From IMG/VR virus record IMGVR_UViG_3300033233_000001, positions 62,001 to 126,000 of that record: a DNA stretch of 64,000 bases, one strand, 5' to 3'. This document shows positions 28,801-37,996 of this stretch, one piece after another; the first letter of the stretch is position 1, and the number at the start of each line of letters is the position of its first letter. The notes beneath the pieces were generated by a model. That model was given only the letters and a program-made list of their open reading frames with translations, searched no databases and had not been told where the DNA came from. A program made the position numbers and the translations under genes.

Positions 28801-29129
28801 CGGTACACGAGGAGCGCTAGGCTGTGGAGCGTGCGGGCTGGGTCGTCTTCGAGACCGACGCCAGGAAGCCGCTTCTTGAGCTTCTTGTTCAGGTCTTCGG
28901 CGGCCGAGACGTTGAAGGCGACGATGCAGATGCGCGAGAGTCGCGCGCCGTGGTACTCGACGAGGTGAGCGACGCGCTCAACCATGCAGGTCGTCTTACC
29001 GCTCCCAGCCACGCTGCCTGCTAGGAGCGGGCCGTCCTTGTGCTGGACGATCGCGCGTTGGGCGGGCGTGAGCAGGTCGACGAGCTTCGGCGGCTCGACC
29101 TTCGGCGCCTTCTTCTTCCTCGCGGCCAA
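25842..29129 (-). CDS. uvrD: UvrD/PcrA/Rep SF1 helicase containing an intein
   Basis: AGSGKT, VDEAQD, VGDAGQALYSFR, ENFRS, TIHK/SKGLEY, YVAVTRA; likely TTG start at 29129. Confidence 0.92.
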   Translation of the reverse strand: MAARKKKAPKVEPPKLVDLLTPAQRAIVQHKDGPLLAGSVAGSGKTTCMVERVAHLVEYHGARLSRICIVAFNVSAAEDLNKKLKKRLPGVGLEDDPARTLHSLALLVYRSEESNRSANYGNVEALWNKAIREAAASLGIQKPDVDLVKAFSSKVRNDYLPVPPLPFSPLSGDFDLSKVHTDLLAAADIIIEKKRDPRHGIEDLIRLFYAADNARRAGRVEGANGFPFATFDDILWEAARIVEHDEDIRQIWQQRYDYIIVDEAQDLCEAQWQLIELLASGHRNLVVVGDAGQALYSFRQARPEHLLSFAERWGCGAVYMEENFRSGSDILDCGNRVLDAMAPNDKLPMHLKPTREIRGFVGRLTSSTSAVEAAAIANLCAEQKRRGREWRDMAILIRLNAQSKDIELEFFRQKVPLRMVSGTSFFGLKEAKAMLAYFRLILGKAEEDDLYQALTNPSRYLGRAFVDSVARVDKSDGDWAERIERCDAYHGRARDAAFQFVEQIKEWRGSMLRGATPAQLLERIIDRTQYVQWHRREQAEGDESSSFTNTMARIRSFAEGFDTVEVMLTIVDEMRAQQRAAAQSRNAVSVITIHKCVSPETLVDTDRGTTPISLAHDTGTVATTAGMRQYQAPVRYAKCKMLRMTTRYGYEISVTSDHGLMSWDGSSYVPVPAATLRVGDFLRLKLGTERRQRGRAPRMPLAPGGLDIRTVRHTIPKHLTEEVAEFLGLMVADGTVFRSGFRTTKADLDVIDRFGDLCCRIFGPRVHATKWYVPGKRTGWYNAEVCSVMIADWLRSVGGLSPHKKAIPETIWQTSRQTQVAFLRGLFEDATVNIKDDGRMDHIAFTTKYRDIGFGVQQLLLRHGIITSRFKVRMKTAGRLHDAWRVDAYGQQAAVFASRIGFVSARKNRQSNAAVSPETNTLIPMSKTLARALPRTATTKFDRANAVSRGYVSRHVARKFGLSEDLAFHHDQIEKIERYVGDAMCIEVPGHGRFLQNGFDGCNSKGLEYPVTFIPGMVAANWPVPWGTEREELRCFYVAVTRARDECWISTYTHGDDISGEPVTPSPYLRFVPQSTGAPTSPALPASEDNQLALI
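26121..27344 (-). mobile_element. intein (408 aa) with LAGLIDADG homing endonuclease in UvrD
   Basis: TIHK|CVSPET... TSDHGL ... FLGLMVADG, FLRGLFED ... FDGCN|SKGLE; lower GC. Confidence 0.92.
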
Positions 29130-29140
29130 CTGGCAGCCGG

Positions 29141-29824
29141 CTACTTCTTCGGCTCGGCTCGCGGAACGGCCTGTACGACCGCCTCGATGTCCGGCTCGCC
29201 AGTTGCGCATGCGTCGAGCACGGCGCGCGCGACGCGCATTCCGTACGGGTCGGGACCCCAGATGATGCGGATCACAGGCTCCTCGGTATCGTCGGCGCGG
29301 GCCACGACCGGAAGCGTGTCGTACATCGGCTTGTCGTGACCGTGGATGGCGACGAGCGCGGCCCAGAGCCAGCGAGGAACCTCGACTGCTCGGATCGGGG
29401 GAAGGGGCGGTGCCGGTTCGCCGAGACGGCTGTGCGCTGCTGGTCGCATGGCATCGCTCATATGGCCGTGAAGGAAGTAGGAGTCGAGCACCGTGAGGGC
29501 GTCCTTCCTGACTTGTGGTAGCGGCGCGGGCGTGGCTGGCGCTTTGGCCGTGAGCCCGACAGCTACCGGGTCGAGCTTGATGTGCGTGCAGAGCGATCGG
29601 AGCACGTCTTCATCGATGCGCAGCGACACGGCGTCCGTATCCGTACGCCTGTCGACGGTCACGCGCTCGACGCGGCCACGCCATCGCAAGATCGCGTCGC
29701 GCGTCGCGCTGCTCTGGATGTCGAGATGTCCGAAGTTGACCGCCGACAGCATCATGCCAGCGTCGGCCATCGCGCGCTGAAGGCGCGTCAGTGCGTTACT
29801 GTGTTCGACTAGAATGATATCCAT
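29141..29824 (-). CDS. hypothetical protein (MDIILVEH...)
   Basis: TGATG overlap with the ParB-like gene. Confidence 0.65.
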   Translation of the reverse strand: MDIILVEHSNALTRLQRAMADAGMMLSAVNFGHLDIQSSATRDAILRWRGRVERVTVDRRTDTDAVSLRIDEDVLRSLCTHIKLDPVAVGLTAKAPATPAPLPQVRKDALTVLDSYFLHGHMSDAMRPAAHSRLGEPAPPLPPIRAVEVPRWLWAALVAIHGHDKPMYDTLPVVARADDTEEPVIRIIWGPDPYGMRVARAVLDACATGEPDIEAVVQAVPRAEPKK

Positions 29825-30744
29825 CAATCCTCGTCCTTGCTCAGGAAGCCGATTTCTTTGAGCGCGCTCCGCAGGCCCTTCACGCGGCGGTCCTGGTTCG
29901 GCTCTCCGCAGATCCACTTGAGCAGCGCCTGCTCGCTCGGTTCGAGCGCGTCCATGAACGCCTCGTGCTCGACGAGCTTGCGGATCGTAGCGGCGCCCAC
30001 GCGGCGGCGGATCGCGTGGCCGTTGCTGCTGCCGCGCTTGCGGCGCGCGCGCGCCTCCTTCGCGTCGCTGGCGGAGATCGTGACGCCGAGGCGCTCGCAC
30101 TCGGCGAGGATCTTGTCCTGCTCCTCCTCCGAGAGGTCCGAGTACTGGATGGCAGTACTGGGGCTCCAGATGCCGCGGCGGACGGCGTCCTGCGCCTTCT
30201 TGCCGAGCGTGAGCACCTGAAGCCACTGCGTGACCGCCTGCTCGGACACGCCGTTGTCGATGGCGATGTCCTTGAGCGACAGACCTCGGTCCTTCGAGCG
30301 CGCGGCGCTTTCGGCCTTGACCATGTAGTCGCTGTTCTTGTGGAGGTTCGCGGCCACGCCGAGGCGGATCTGCTTGACGGCGTCGCCGGCTTGCTGCTTC
30401 GGGATGAACGGGACCCGAATCAGCCGCTCTTCCAGCTGCTTGCCGGAGTACTCCGCGCGCAGGCGCTCGTTCGCCGCGCGTGCCCACTTCGTGCGCTGGC
30501 GTCCGTCGATCACGACCGCGCGCGCCGCGCCGCCCGGCAGGGTCTCCTTGCGGATGAGACCAGGCTTGAGCACGCCGTGCGTCATCACGTTCGCGATGTC
30601 GGCCTCGGTAACCGGGATGTGAATGCGCTCGTCGTAGAGCGGATGCTCTGGCCCGTCCTTCGTGTCGAGCCCGATGATCACGACATCTTCAGCATGAAGA
30701 TAGAATCCGTTGACCCGCGGCCCATCGAACAGCTGTCCACTCAT
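29824..30744 (-). CDS. ParB/Srx N-terminal domain protein with HTH
   Basis: HPLYDER, GVLKP, VIDGRQR, HTH (LSLKDIA..GVSEQAV). Confidence 0.8.
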   Translation of the reverse strand: MSGQLFDGPRVNGFYLHAEDVVIIGLDTKDGPEHPLYDERIHIPVTEADIANVMTHGVLKPGLIRKETLPGGAARAVVIDGRQRTKWARAANERLRAEYSGKQLEERLIRVPFIPKQQAGDAVKQIRLGVAANLHKNSDYMVKAESAARSKDRGLSLKDIAIDNGVSEQAVTQWLQVLTLGKKAQDAVRRGIWSPSTAIQYSDLSEEEQDKILAECERLGVTISASDAKEARARRKRGSSNGHAIRRRVGAATIRKLVEHEAFMDALEPSEQALLKWICGEPNQDRRVKGLRSALKEIGFLSKDED

Positions 30745-30808
30745 CGCGCATGCCTCCCGGCGCGCATGTCCGCGCGCACGTCTGTTGTCTGCCCGTCTCT
30801 GCCCGTCT

Positions 30809-31123
30809 CTACTGGCCGGCGTGCTCGGCTTCGCCCGCCTCGTCGCCCACCTTCCCGAACTTGATCACGACCTGGGAACTGATCGTCAGCGAGATCTCGT
30901 CGCCGCGCAGCAGCTTGATGCCCTTCAGCCGCTGGTCCGTCTGATCGATCCCCTTGTCCTGAAGCAGCTTCCGTGCTTCCGACGCCCCCTTGCAGACGAA
31001 GACCTCGTACGTCTGCGTGCCGGCGACCGGCAGGAGCAGCCAGAGCGGCCGCGCCTCGCGGGTCTTCCTCTTCTTCTTGCCGTCCCCGTTCGTCGTCCCC
31101 GTCGTCTCGTTCTCGGTGCCCAT
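30809..31123 (-). CDS. hypothetical protein
   Basis: GGAGG RBS before MGTENE. Confidence 0.65.
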   Translation of the reverse strand: MGTENETTGTTNGDGKKKRKTREARPLWLLLPVAGTQTYEVFVCKGASEARKLLQDKGIDQTDQRLKGIKLLRGDEISLTISSQVVIKFGKVGDEAGEAEHAGQ

Positions 31124-31290
31124 GTCGAACCTCCAGTGGAGGCCGACACTAACCGAACGTTCACTGTCAGACAACTGCTTCCGACACACACGCGTCGATT
31201 TTCGTTGCGCCGTCTGAGGCGTCCTCGCCGGGCACGAGACCAGCCTCGCGGAAGGTCCCGTCGACGACGCCTCGGACGGCCCGACGCGAC

Positions 31291-31554
31291 TTAGACCACG
31301 GCGCCCTGCGCCTTGAGGAATGCGTCGACCTGGGCGGGCCGGATGCGCCAGCTGCCGCCGAGCTTGAACGCCAGTAGCGTGCCGCTGCTGATCCAGCGCT
31401 TCACCGTCTCGGGGTGCACGCCGCAGTGCTTGGCGGCTTCCACGACCGTCAGGCAACTGGCGGCGTCGGAAAGCCTCTCGCCGGCCTCGCGCTTCGCGCG
31501 CTCATCGGGAGAGAGCCTGGCGCGCTTCGCCGCGCCGTTCTTCGGCTTGGTCAT
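31291..31554 (-). CDS. excisionase-like helix-turn-helix protein
   Basis: LTVVEAAKHCGVHPETVKRWISSGTLLAFKLGGSWRI. Confidence 0.85.
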   Translation of the reverse strand: MTKPKNGAAKRARLSPDERAKREAGERLSDAASCLTVVEAAKHCGVHPETVKRWISSGTLLAFKLGGSWRIRPAQVDAFLKAQGAVV

Positions 31555-32462
31555 CACCGCGCGCGCGCGGCAGCGATCGTCCGCGTCTCCTTCGGGATCG
31601 AGTCCTCGACGACCTCGGCGGCGCTGGTCTCCGCGATCGCGCCGCCCTGGGCCTCGGCCATGCGCTCGCCGACGACCGCCATCTGACCGACGAGGCGCCG
31701 GAAGCTCTTCATGTGCGGCTTCGCGAGCGCCTCCATGGACGCAGCCATCTGAAGCTCCGCAGCGGCCTTCACGAACGGCGACTGCGGGATCAGCGACGTG
31801 TGTACTGTCATCGACTGCATGCCGAACGCCATCGTCATCTTGACGAACTCGCGGCCCGTCTCGTCCGAGAGTAACGCGAGCAGCATCGGGTTGTCCTTCG
31901 CGAACTCGCGCCAGACGTCGACGAGAAGGTCGCCGACTTCGTCGACCGCTGCGAGCTTCAGCCCGAGCCCGAGCGCGCCCCCCACGTCCTTGGCCTGACC
32001 GATCGCCCTCTCCTTGAGGCCCGGCTTCTCCGTCTTCTCCACTGCTCCGTTCGTCGTCATCTCTTTCTCCTCTTGCGTTGCTGGAACCTGCGCTGCTTCT
32101 TCTGCGCGCCGCGGTGGATTCGCCACTGCGATAGGAACCCACTGCCGCGACGACGAGGACCACTGCATGTCGTACTTGTCGTAGTACGCAGTAGAGCCCG
32201 GTCCGTCGACGCCGGCTTGCATGCACTTTGGGCACATGAAGACGTGTGCGATGCCATCCGGCACGTTGTCGCCCGACACGAGTCGGACCGACCAGCCTGT
32301 GGGCTGCCATCCAGTCGGGCGCTGTTCGGTCGCCCGTGGAAACTTTTTGGCGGCCTGCTCTTCCACCGAGCCGCACGCTGCGCAGAAGCAGTGGTTCGCC
32401 TCGCCACGAGTGATCGGCATGAACGGCTGCTTCATCGGTGCGATTCCGTTGGCCGTGGTCAT
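31554..32462 (-). CDS. hypothetical protein (N-terminal CxxC pairs; internal RBS suggests a second start at MTTNGAV)
   Basis: CAACG, CPKC; helical C-terminal half. Confidence 0.6.
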   Translation of the reverse strand: MTTANGIAPMKQPFMPITRGEANHCFCAACGSVEEQAAKKFPRATEQRPTGWQPTGWSVRLVSGDNVPDGIAHVFMCPKCMQAGVDGPGSTAYYDKYDMQWSSSSRQWVPIAVANPPRRAEEAAQVPATQEEKEMTTNGAVEKTEKPGLKERAIGQAKDVGGALGLGLKLAAVDEVGDLLVDVWREFAKDNPMLLALLSDETGREFVKMTMAFGMQSMTVHTSLIPQSPFVKAAAELQMAASMEALAKPHMKSFRRLVGQMAVVGERMAEAQGGAIAETSAAEVVEDSIPKETRTIAAARAR

Positions 32463-32528
32463 CTCGGGACCCGTTCTAGCAGGACCACGGCAAAGCGCAA
32501 CAACAAAACGCAGCATCGTCTGCCAGCG

Positions 32529-32759
32529 CTACTTCTTGGCCGTCTTGGCGCGCTCCTCGGTCGAGAGAACGATGTCGTGCCGGCACGTCTTGCAGTACAC
32601 GCAGCGTTCGACGAGGCCGTTCGGGTTCCAAACGACCGTGACGTCGTCGCTGTCGTAGTGGACGACGTGGTCCTTGTGCGTGACCGTCAGCCGGCGGACG
32701 CCGCGCCGCTCCTCCGGCGATGGCGGCGTCGCGCGGAACTCGTAGTCGTAGAACCCCAT
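32529..32759 (-). CDS. small hypothetical protein
   Basis: GGAGG RBS; CKTC. Confidence 0.6.
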   Translation of the reverse strand: MGFYDYEFRATPPSPEERRGVRRLTVTHKDHVVHYDSDDVTVVWNPNGLVERCVYCKTCRHDIVLSTEERAKTAKK

Positions 32760-33368
32760 TTAGAGTCCTCCTCGCAGCAGGCGTAGGCGCTCAGGAACTT
32801 GGCCTTTCGGCGTCATGGTCGCCTCATCGAGGGTCCAGCCTCGCAGTTGCCGTTGTCTCACGGCTTCGCGGGTGACGCCGAGCGCGCGCGCCGCGCCTGC
32901 GCGCGTCGTCACCGTCCCGTCGACCGCGCGGGCACCGATGGCGGTACCGCGTGCGACGCGCATCTCCCCGTCGAGCATCCAGGCGCTGTTGCCCGGTCCG
33001 TGCGGCTTGCTGAAGTTGCGCACGCCGAGGTGGTGCTGCGGCGATGGCCGCGGGCCGAGCGCGTCGAGCATGCGTCGAGCGCCGTCCTGGCCGCTCCAGA
33101 GCTTGATGGAGCCATGTCGCCGTGAGCGCGCGAGTATCTTGCGCTCGTCGGCGGTGAACGCGCCCCAGTCGCCACGTAGGCATTCGAGGCAGCGCCGCCC
33201 CTTACGCCAGCGCGCGGTGTTGAGCGCGAAGACGGTCTTGTTCGGGATCACACGTCCGCAGCAAACGGCGCGAACGGTCACCGGGTCGTGGAACCTCTTG
33301 CGCTCGTCGACGATGACCTCGAACGGACCGAAGCGGCTGCCGACGAGGTTGCTGATGGGCTGGCTCAC
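32760..33368 (-). CDS. degenerate HNH homing-endonuclease-like protein
   Basis: LVGSRFG N-terminus; DALGPRPSPQHHL...PGNSAW resembles phage HNH motif but lacks the canonical DRID. Confidence 0.55.
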   Translation of the reverse strand: MSQPISNLVGSRFGPFEVIVDERKRFHDPVTVRAVCCGRVIPNKTVFALNTARWRKGRRCLECLRGDWGAFTADERKILARSRRHGSIKLWSGQDGARRMLDALGPRPSPQHHLGVRNFSKPHGPGNSAWMLDGEMRVARGTAIGARAVDGTVTTRAGAARALGVTREAVRQRQLRGWTLDEATMTPKGQVPERLRLLRGGL

Positions 33369-33543
33369 GTGTGTTCTTTCTGTGGCGGCGGAGGAGGGGC
33401 CGTCGGCGTGTGAATCGTCGTCTCGACTTCCAGTAGGATTCCTGTGCGGTCGTCGACGGGCTCATCGGGCTCGAAGCCAGCTGGGCCGACCCAGCCGATG
33501 ACGGCCGGCTGTCGATAGTCGACGGGGACTAGCAGGTGGCGCC

Positions 33544-33897
33544 TCATCTCGTTCGCAGTCCGAGCGCGATCTCGAAAAGCCGCTCGGCGATGCGCTCGCG
33601 CTCGCATTCCGTGTCGCGCTCGGTGAGGCGGATGTCCTTGTAGTACGTCGGCGTGTTTCGCGCGCGCTCGCTCATGTCGGCTTGGAGATCGAGCCACCTG
33701 GCCTCGATGCGCTTCGCTGTCTTCGATAGCGGAGGCCCCTCGTAGATGGCGGCGTAGTCGCCGGCCGCCGCGCGCTCTTTTTTGTACGCGTCACGCGCCT
33801 CGAACTCGGCGGCGACCTCGGGCGGGCACTTGAGCCGCGGGTGAGTCCACCACGACTTGGGCCACCACCACCACGGAGTCATCGCGGACGGAGTCAT
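33544..33897 (-). CDS. hypothetical protein
   Basis: contiguous minus-strand run. Confidence 0.5.
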   Translation of the reverse strand: MTPSAMTPWWWWPKSWWTHPRLKCPPEVAAEFEARDAYKKERAAAGDYAAIYEGPPLSKTAKRIEARWLDLQADMSERARNTPTYYKDIRLTERDTECERERIAERLFEIALGLRTR

Positions 33898-34123
33898 CGC
33901 GATCGCCTTCGCCTCTGCGTTCGCCTCTTCGGCCGTGAACTGGCACGTCCAGCGAAGTCGCAGAGACCGCGCAGCGAGTCGCGCTCGGCCTCGGTGTAGA
34001 CCAAGGAGCGCGTGAGTTCACGGACTTCCGCGCGCAGCGCATTGCGTTGGCGCTGGCTCTTGGCGAGGGCGTTCTCCAAGATCCGGACGCGCTCCAGCGG
34101 ACCGACGTTCAGCGGGGTCCGTT

Positions 34124-34753
34124 TCATCGCGGCACCTTCGCTAGTGCGGCGCGAAATGCCGCTTTCCGATCCGTGTAGACCCATGCTTTGATCTTCGGGC
34201 TGTTGTCCAGCACGTCATCGAGTGCCCGCGCAGCTTCTGCGACCTCTCTGAGAGCCATGCCCTCTGCACGCTCGGGCAGAGACCGGAGCGCGTGCTGTGC
34301 CTGCATGAGCGAGCGAAGCGCCTCGCGGCGCTCCCTACGCACGACTTCACCTGCCGCGCACTCGTCGCGCCACAGACGTTCGTAGTAGCTCTCCATCGCA
34401 TCGGGCACGCGCGTCTGCGGCAGCGCCGCGCAGACCGTGTCGTACCCAGCGGCCTCGATGGCTTTCTTCGCGTCGGCGAGCCCCAGGCCCGAGCGCTCAC
34501 GCAGGTGTTTGATCGCGTCGATCTTGCCAGTCCACAGCAGGTCTCCCTGGCTGTTGTGGCGTCGAGCGGCTTCGCGTCCGACCTCGACCGACTCCTTCAC
34601 GAAGTCAGCGAGCACCGCCTTCTCGTCGACCGCTTGCGTGATCTCTCGAAGAATCGTCAGCGCTTGCTCGCAAGTGAAGCGCATTCCGCATGCGAACGGA
34701 AGGTCGATCTGGATCATGTCGCCGACACGCGTTGCTCTGATGTCGTCCGTCAT
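34124..34753 (-). CDS. hypothetical protein with ribosomal L7/L12 C-terminal-like motif
   Basis: KIDAIKHLRERSGLGLADAKKAIE. Confidence 0.65.
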   Translation of the reverse strand: MTDDIRATRVGDMIQIDLPFACGMRFTCEQALTILREITQAVDEKAVLADFVKESVEVGREAARRHNSQGDLLWTGKIDAIKHLRERSGLGLADAKKAIEAAGYDTVCAALPQTRVPDAMESYYERLWRDECAAGEVVRRERREALRSLMQAQHALRSLPERAEGMALREVAEAARALDDVLDNSPKIKAWVYTDRKAAFRAALAKVPR

Positions 34754-35154
34754 CGCCGTGCTCCTCGTGCGTTGAACTCTTGCTCTTGCTTCTGCTCTTC
34801 GATCTCGACGAGAGCCTCGCCAAGGCGCTCGACGACTGTCTGGGCCTCGTGCTCGGCCTCGCGGGCCAGGAAGTCCTGGATGCCGTCGTAGGCGTTTCCA
34901 GTAGACAGGACCGGCCCCGGCTCGATGGCGCCGAAGATGCCGACGCTGTGGTCGTTGTAGTGGATCACGCCCTGCACGACCCAGTGCCCAGCGGGCTCGT
35001 CGCGGTAGAGCACGTGCAGCCGGCCCTGGATGGCCGGGCAGTCGTTGCCGGCTGCGTCGGACCACGTGATCTCGTCGAAGCGCTTGTGCGGCATGGCGGC
35101 CATCACCATGGCGAACGTCGGCTCGGCTCCGGAGGTGTACGCGCGCGCGGTCAT
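34750..35154 (-). CDS. hypothetical protein
   Basis: ATGA overlap; AGGAG RBS. Confidence 0.55.
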   Translation of the reverse strand: MTARAYTSGAEPTFAMVMAAMPHKRFDEITWSDAAGNDCPAIQGRLHVLYRDEPAGHWVVQGVIHYNDHSVGIFGAIEPGPVLSTGNAYDGIQDFLAREAEHEAQTVVERLGEALVEIEEQKQEQEFNARGARR

Positions 35155-35480
35155 CGTCGCTCCTGCATGTCTTCGTCGCGCCGCTCGGCCTCTGCGTGGC
35201 TGATGTCGGCTGCGACCTGGCCGAGATCGTCGTGGTATTTGTTGAGCCACGCGGCGCACTCGCCGTACAGGAGCGCTTGTGGCGCGTAGATTGGCATCCC
35301 CCAGGCCGACCAGACGCACGGGAAGACTTCGGCGAGGGCCGGATCGATCGTGCGCTCCGCGAAGCCCTCGTAGTCGTACTCGGTGTGCACGGTCAGGATG
35401 ATGAGCGCGCGCGTTCCGTCGCTCGCGCGGAACTCGTAGCCGCCGTCGCGCTGGCCGATCTCGGTCGTGTGGATGCTCAC
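35151..35480 (-). CDS. hypothetical protein
   Basis: overlapping start/stop chain. Confidence 0.6.
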   Translation of the reverse strand: MSIHTTEIGQRDGGYEFRASDGTRALIILTVHTEYDYEGFAERTIDPALAEVFPCVWSAWGMPIYAPQALLYGECAAWLNKYHDDLGQVAADISHAEAERRDEDMQERR

Positions 35481-35716
35481 GACCGTGCCCGCCAGCTGGC
35501 GATCGCGTTGTTGATGGCGTCGGCCGGGCTGTCGCCGCCGCCGCCGGCCTGGTGGAGACGATCGGTGTGGTCAGTCGGACCGACGACCGCGACCCACGGA
35601 AAGGTACCGCCACGAACGCGGGCGAGTCGTACGAGGCGCAGCCCCAGAGCGTCCAGTACGCCGACCATGTCACCGAACGTGGTGTCCATATCGAGCTTGC
35701 CGCTGTAGTCGGTCAC
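35477..35716 (-). CDS. hypothetical protein
   Basis: overlapping start/stop chain. Confidence 0.55.
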   Translation of the reverse strand: MTDYSGKLDMDTTFGDMVGVLDALGLRLVRLARVRGGTFPWVAVVGPTDHTDRLHQAGGGGDSPADAINNAIASWRARS

Positions 35717-35894
35717 TGCCGCTCTCCGAACGCTTCGACCGCGCCGCCGTGCCGGTCGGCGGCTACCTGTGCGCGGGCTCGCGTCTTGTAGACGCGCGCG
35801 CAGTACCCGCCGGGACCGACCATCGACGCCGGCTTGTACTCGCCGATGGTGGTCAGGATCATCACCGGGTTCTGGTGCGATCGGACGATGTAGC

Positions 35895-36563
35895 TCACGA
35901 CCGCTCTCCGAGCGCGCGCAGCGCGGTCAGGTCGCGCTGGAACGCGTAGAGCAGGCGTCCGCGGCGCTCCTCGCACCAGGCGGTGACGACGCGCTGAACG
36001 TGCGCACGGCCGTCCTCGGCCGTGCAGTCGTCGAAGATCTCGTCCCAGGGATCCAGCGGCATCGTGTCCGGGTGCTCGCTGCTCTCGGCCGCGCCGAGCA
36101 CGACCGTGCGTGCGAAGCATTCGCGCGGGTCCGGGTCGTGCGTCTGTGCTGGCCACTCGGACCACTCGGAAACGCCGACCATCTTCTCGGCCCAGTACAC
36201 GGCGGTGTAGTGCATTGGCCCCTCCGGGCCAGCGAGGTGCCAGCGCATGAACGGCGCGAGCTTCGGGAACGCCGCGACGATCTGCTCGACGCACTGATCG
36301 CATGAGGACAGCCAGTACCTCCGGCCGCCAACCGTGATGAACGGTTCGCCGGGGGAGCGACCCGGCGCATAGACCTCGCCGCAGATCGTGAGGTACGGCA
36401 GCACGTTGCCGCCGCGCGCGTACGCGACCTCGGCGACGACGTACGCGTCCTGCCCCGGCAGCTTCGTCGGTCCGAGCTTGAACGAGAATTCGCCGATCGC
36501 CGCGTTGTCCGCCGCGATCTTGTTCGCGAGCTTCGTGCTGATCGTCTGCGCCAGGTCCGTCAT
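35895..36563 (-). CDS. phage hypothetical protein (MTDLAQT...; RWHL..PEGPMHY)
   Basis: GAGGAG RBS, leader hairpin and promoter upstream. Confidence 0.7.
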   Translation of the reverse strand: MTDLAQTISTKLANKIAADNAAIGEFSFKLGPTKLPGQDAYVVAEVAYARGGNVLPYLTICGEVYAPGRSPGEPFITVGGRRYWLSSCDQCVEQIVAAFPKLAPFMRWHLAGPEGPMHYTAVYWAEKMVGVSEWSEWPAQTHDPDPRECFARTVVLGAAESSEHPDTMPLDPWDEIFDDCTAEDGRAHVQRVVTAWCEERRGRLLYAFQRDLTALRALGERS

Positions 36564-36576
36564 GTCTCTCTCCTCT

Positions 36577-36638
36577 GGCCCGGCCATGTGCGGCGGGCTC
36601 TTGTCCGACCATGATAGCGACATCGCAACGCCTGTCAA
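36577..36638 (-). promoter_or_regulatory. promoter TTGACA-N16-TATCAT plus leader hairpin with GCACAT loop
   Basis: -35 36633-36638, -10 36611-36616. Confidence 0.75.
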
Positions 36639-37198
36639 GTACGCGGTCGAAGAAGGTCGCCGAGGCCCTTTGCCCAGCGGCGAATCTCAGGCCGCTTCAT
36701 GGCGGCGCAGATCAACGCGGCGACCGTGTCCACGTTGCCGAGATCGCGCAGGTTGGCGCCGCCGATCGCGAACTCGGCGATATCGGACGGTTCGATCGTC
36801 ATGCCGATGCGTTTGGCCGCGACGATCTCGACCGCGATGGTGTCGATCTCGTGCTGGTTCGCTGCGTTCGTTGTGGCCTGCCATTCGGCCGGCTCATCTG
36901 CATCGGCCTTGGTGTGCTCCGGGAACACCGGAACTGCTTGGCCGACCACCGTCGTCAGTGGTCGGCGCAGCGCGGCGCGCACGCCGCGCCTGAGCACGAC
37001 GACGTGGGCGATCTCGTGGAGCACGGGTTCGATGTAGCCGCGTGGATCGTCCGAGCCGTACACGCCGTATTCCAGCGACTCGCCTTCGGGCCTGACTTCG
37101 GGCCTGACGACGGCACGGAACAGGGACTCGACTCGACGATCTAGTGCCGTACGTGGCCGCGGCGTGATCCAATCGATGTCCGGATCTTCGTAGGCCAC
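36635..37198 (-). CDS. HExxH-motif protein (possible metallopeptidase)
   Basis: VLHEIAH...HE; probable native GTG start at 37198. Confidence 0.55.
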   Translation of the reverse strand: MAYEDPDIDWITPRPRTALDRRVESLFRAVVRPEVRPEGESLEYGVYGSDDPRGYIEPVLHEIAHVVVLRRGVRAALRRPLTTVVGQAVPVFPEHTKADADEPAEWQATTNAANQHEIDTIAVEIVAAKRIGMTIEPSDIAEFAIGGANLRDLGNVDTVAALICAAMKRPEIRRWAKGLGDLLRPRT

Positions 37199-37199
37199 G

Positions 37200-37462
37200 T
37201 CAGTCGTCGCCTTCGAGTAGCCTGTCCGTGCTCGTGCAGTCGACTGAGAGGATGTCGGCGACCGACTCTCCGGTCTCCGCGCCCCATTGCTCGCGTCGCG
37301 CGAGGCGAGCAGCTGGCCACTCATGTTGTAGTCGCGTCCGCAGTCGCAGGTGTTCGTGAAGCCGCGCAGTGCGACATGCTGGCCGCAGTGACAACGACCG
37401 AGCGCTGGCTCGACATAGCCGTTCGCGAGGCGCTTGCGGGGCCGGATGATCTCGATGGTCAT
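37200..37462 (-). pseudogene. small Zn-ribbon protein gene frameshifted by a 5-bp duplication
   Basis: CHCG..NTCDCGRDYNMSGQLLASR continues as EQWGAETGE in another frame; TCGCG TCGCG at 37291-37300. Confidence 0.65.
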
Positions 37463-37996
37463 GGGGTGGGAAGGTACCCGCTCTCTTCGAGATCGTTGAT
37501 GATCTGCACCTGAAGGAGAGCGTTCTCTTCGCGCGACTTCGAGTTCATGAGCTTCGCGACCTTGCGAGCGAAGGCGCGGAGCGCCTCGACCTCGCCCTTC
37601 AGGCTCGCGTTCTCGGCGGCGAGAAGGACGTTCTCTTCCTTGTGCCTGACGGCGGCGAATTGGGCCATGACTACAAATCGTCCCTTCTGTGGTTCCTGCT
37701 CCTGTTCCTGCGCGCGTCGATCGCCGCCCGGAGCGCCTGTCGTGCCTCGTTCACCGTCGCGACCTGTCTCGTCCCGCGCATCTCGATGAGCAGCGCCTCG
37801 GCGGCGGTCTCCACTGCTTCGAGCAGCGTCTTCGGGTGCCGCTCGAAAGCGCGCTCTCGCCGCTCCATGCGGAGCTTCGGGTTGTGCCTCCGGCACCAGT
37901 GACGGCCGTCGCTGGTGATGGTCGTCGCGACCTGTCCGCAAGGGCGGTTGTGGAACCCGGTGCCGACGGACCCGCAGCAACGCTCGTCCGCGTCGC

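Noticed and set aside
25842-29129. Helicase next to the array as Cas3 or a type IV DinG effector
   Set aside because: Motifs are UvrD/PcrA SF1; there is no HD domain and no Cas5/6/7 genes nearby.
31291-31554. Prophage integration module
   Set aside because: An excisionase-like HTH is present, but no integrase or att site is recognisable in the window.
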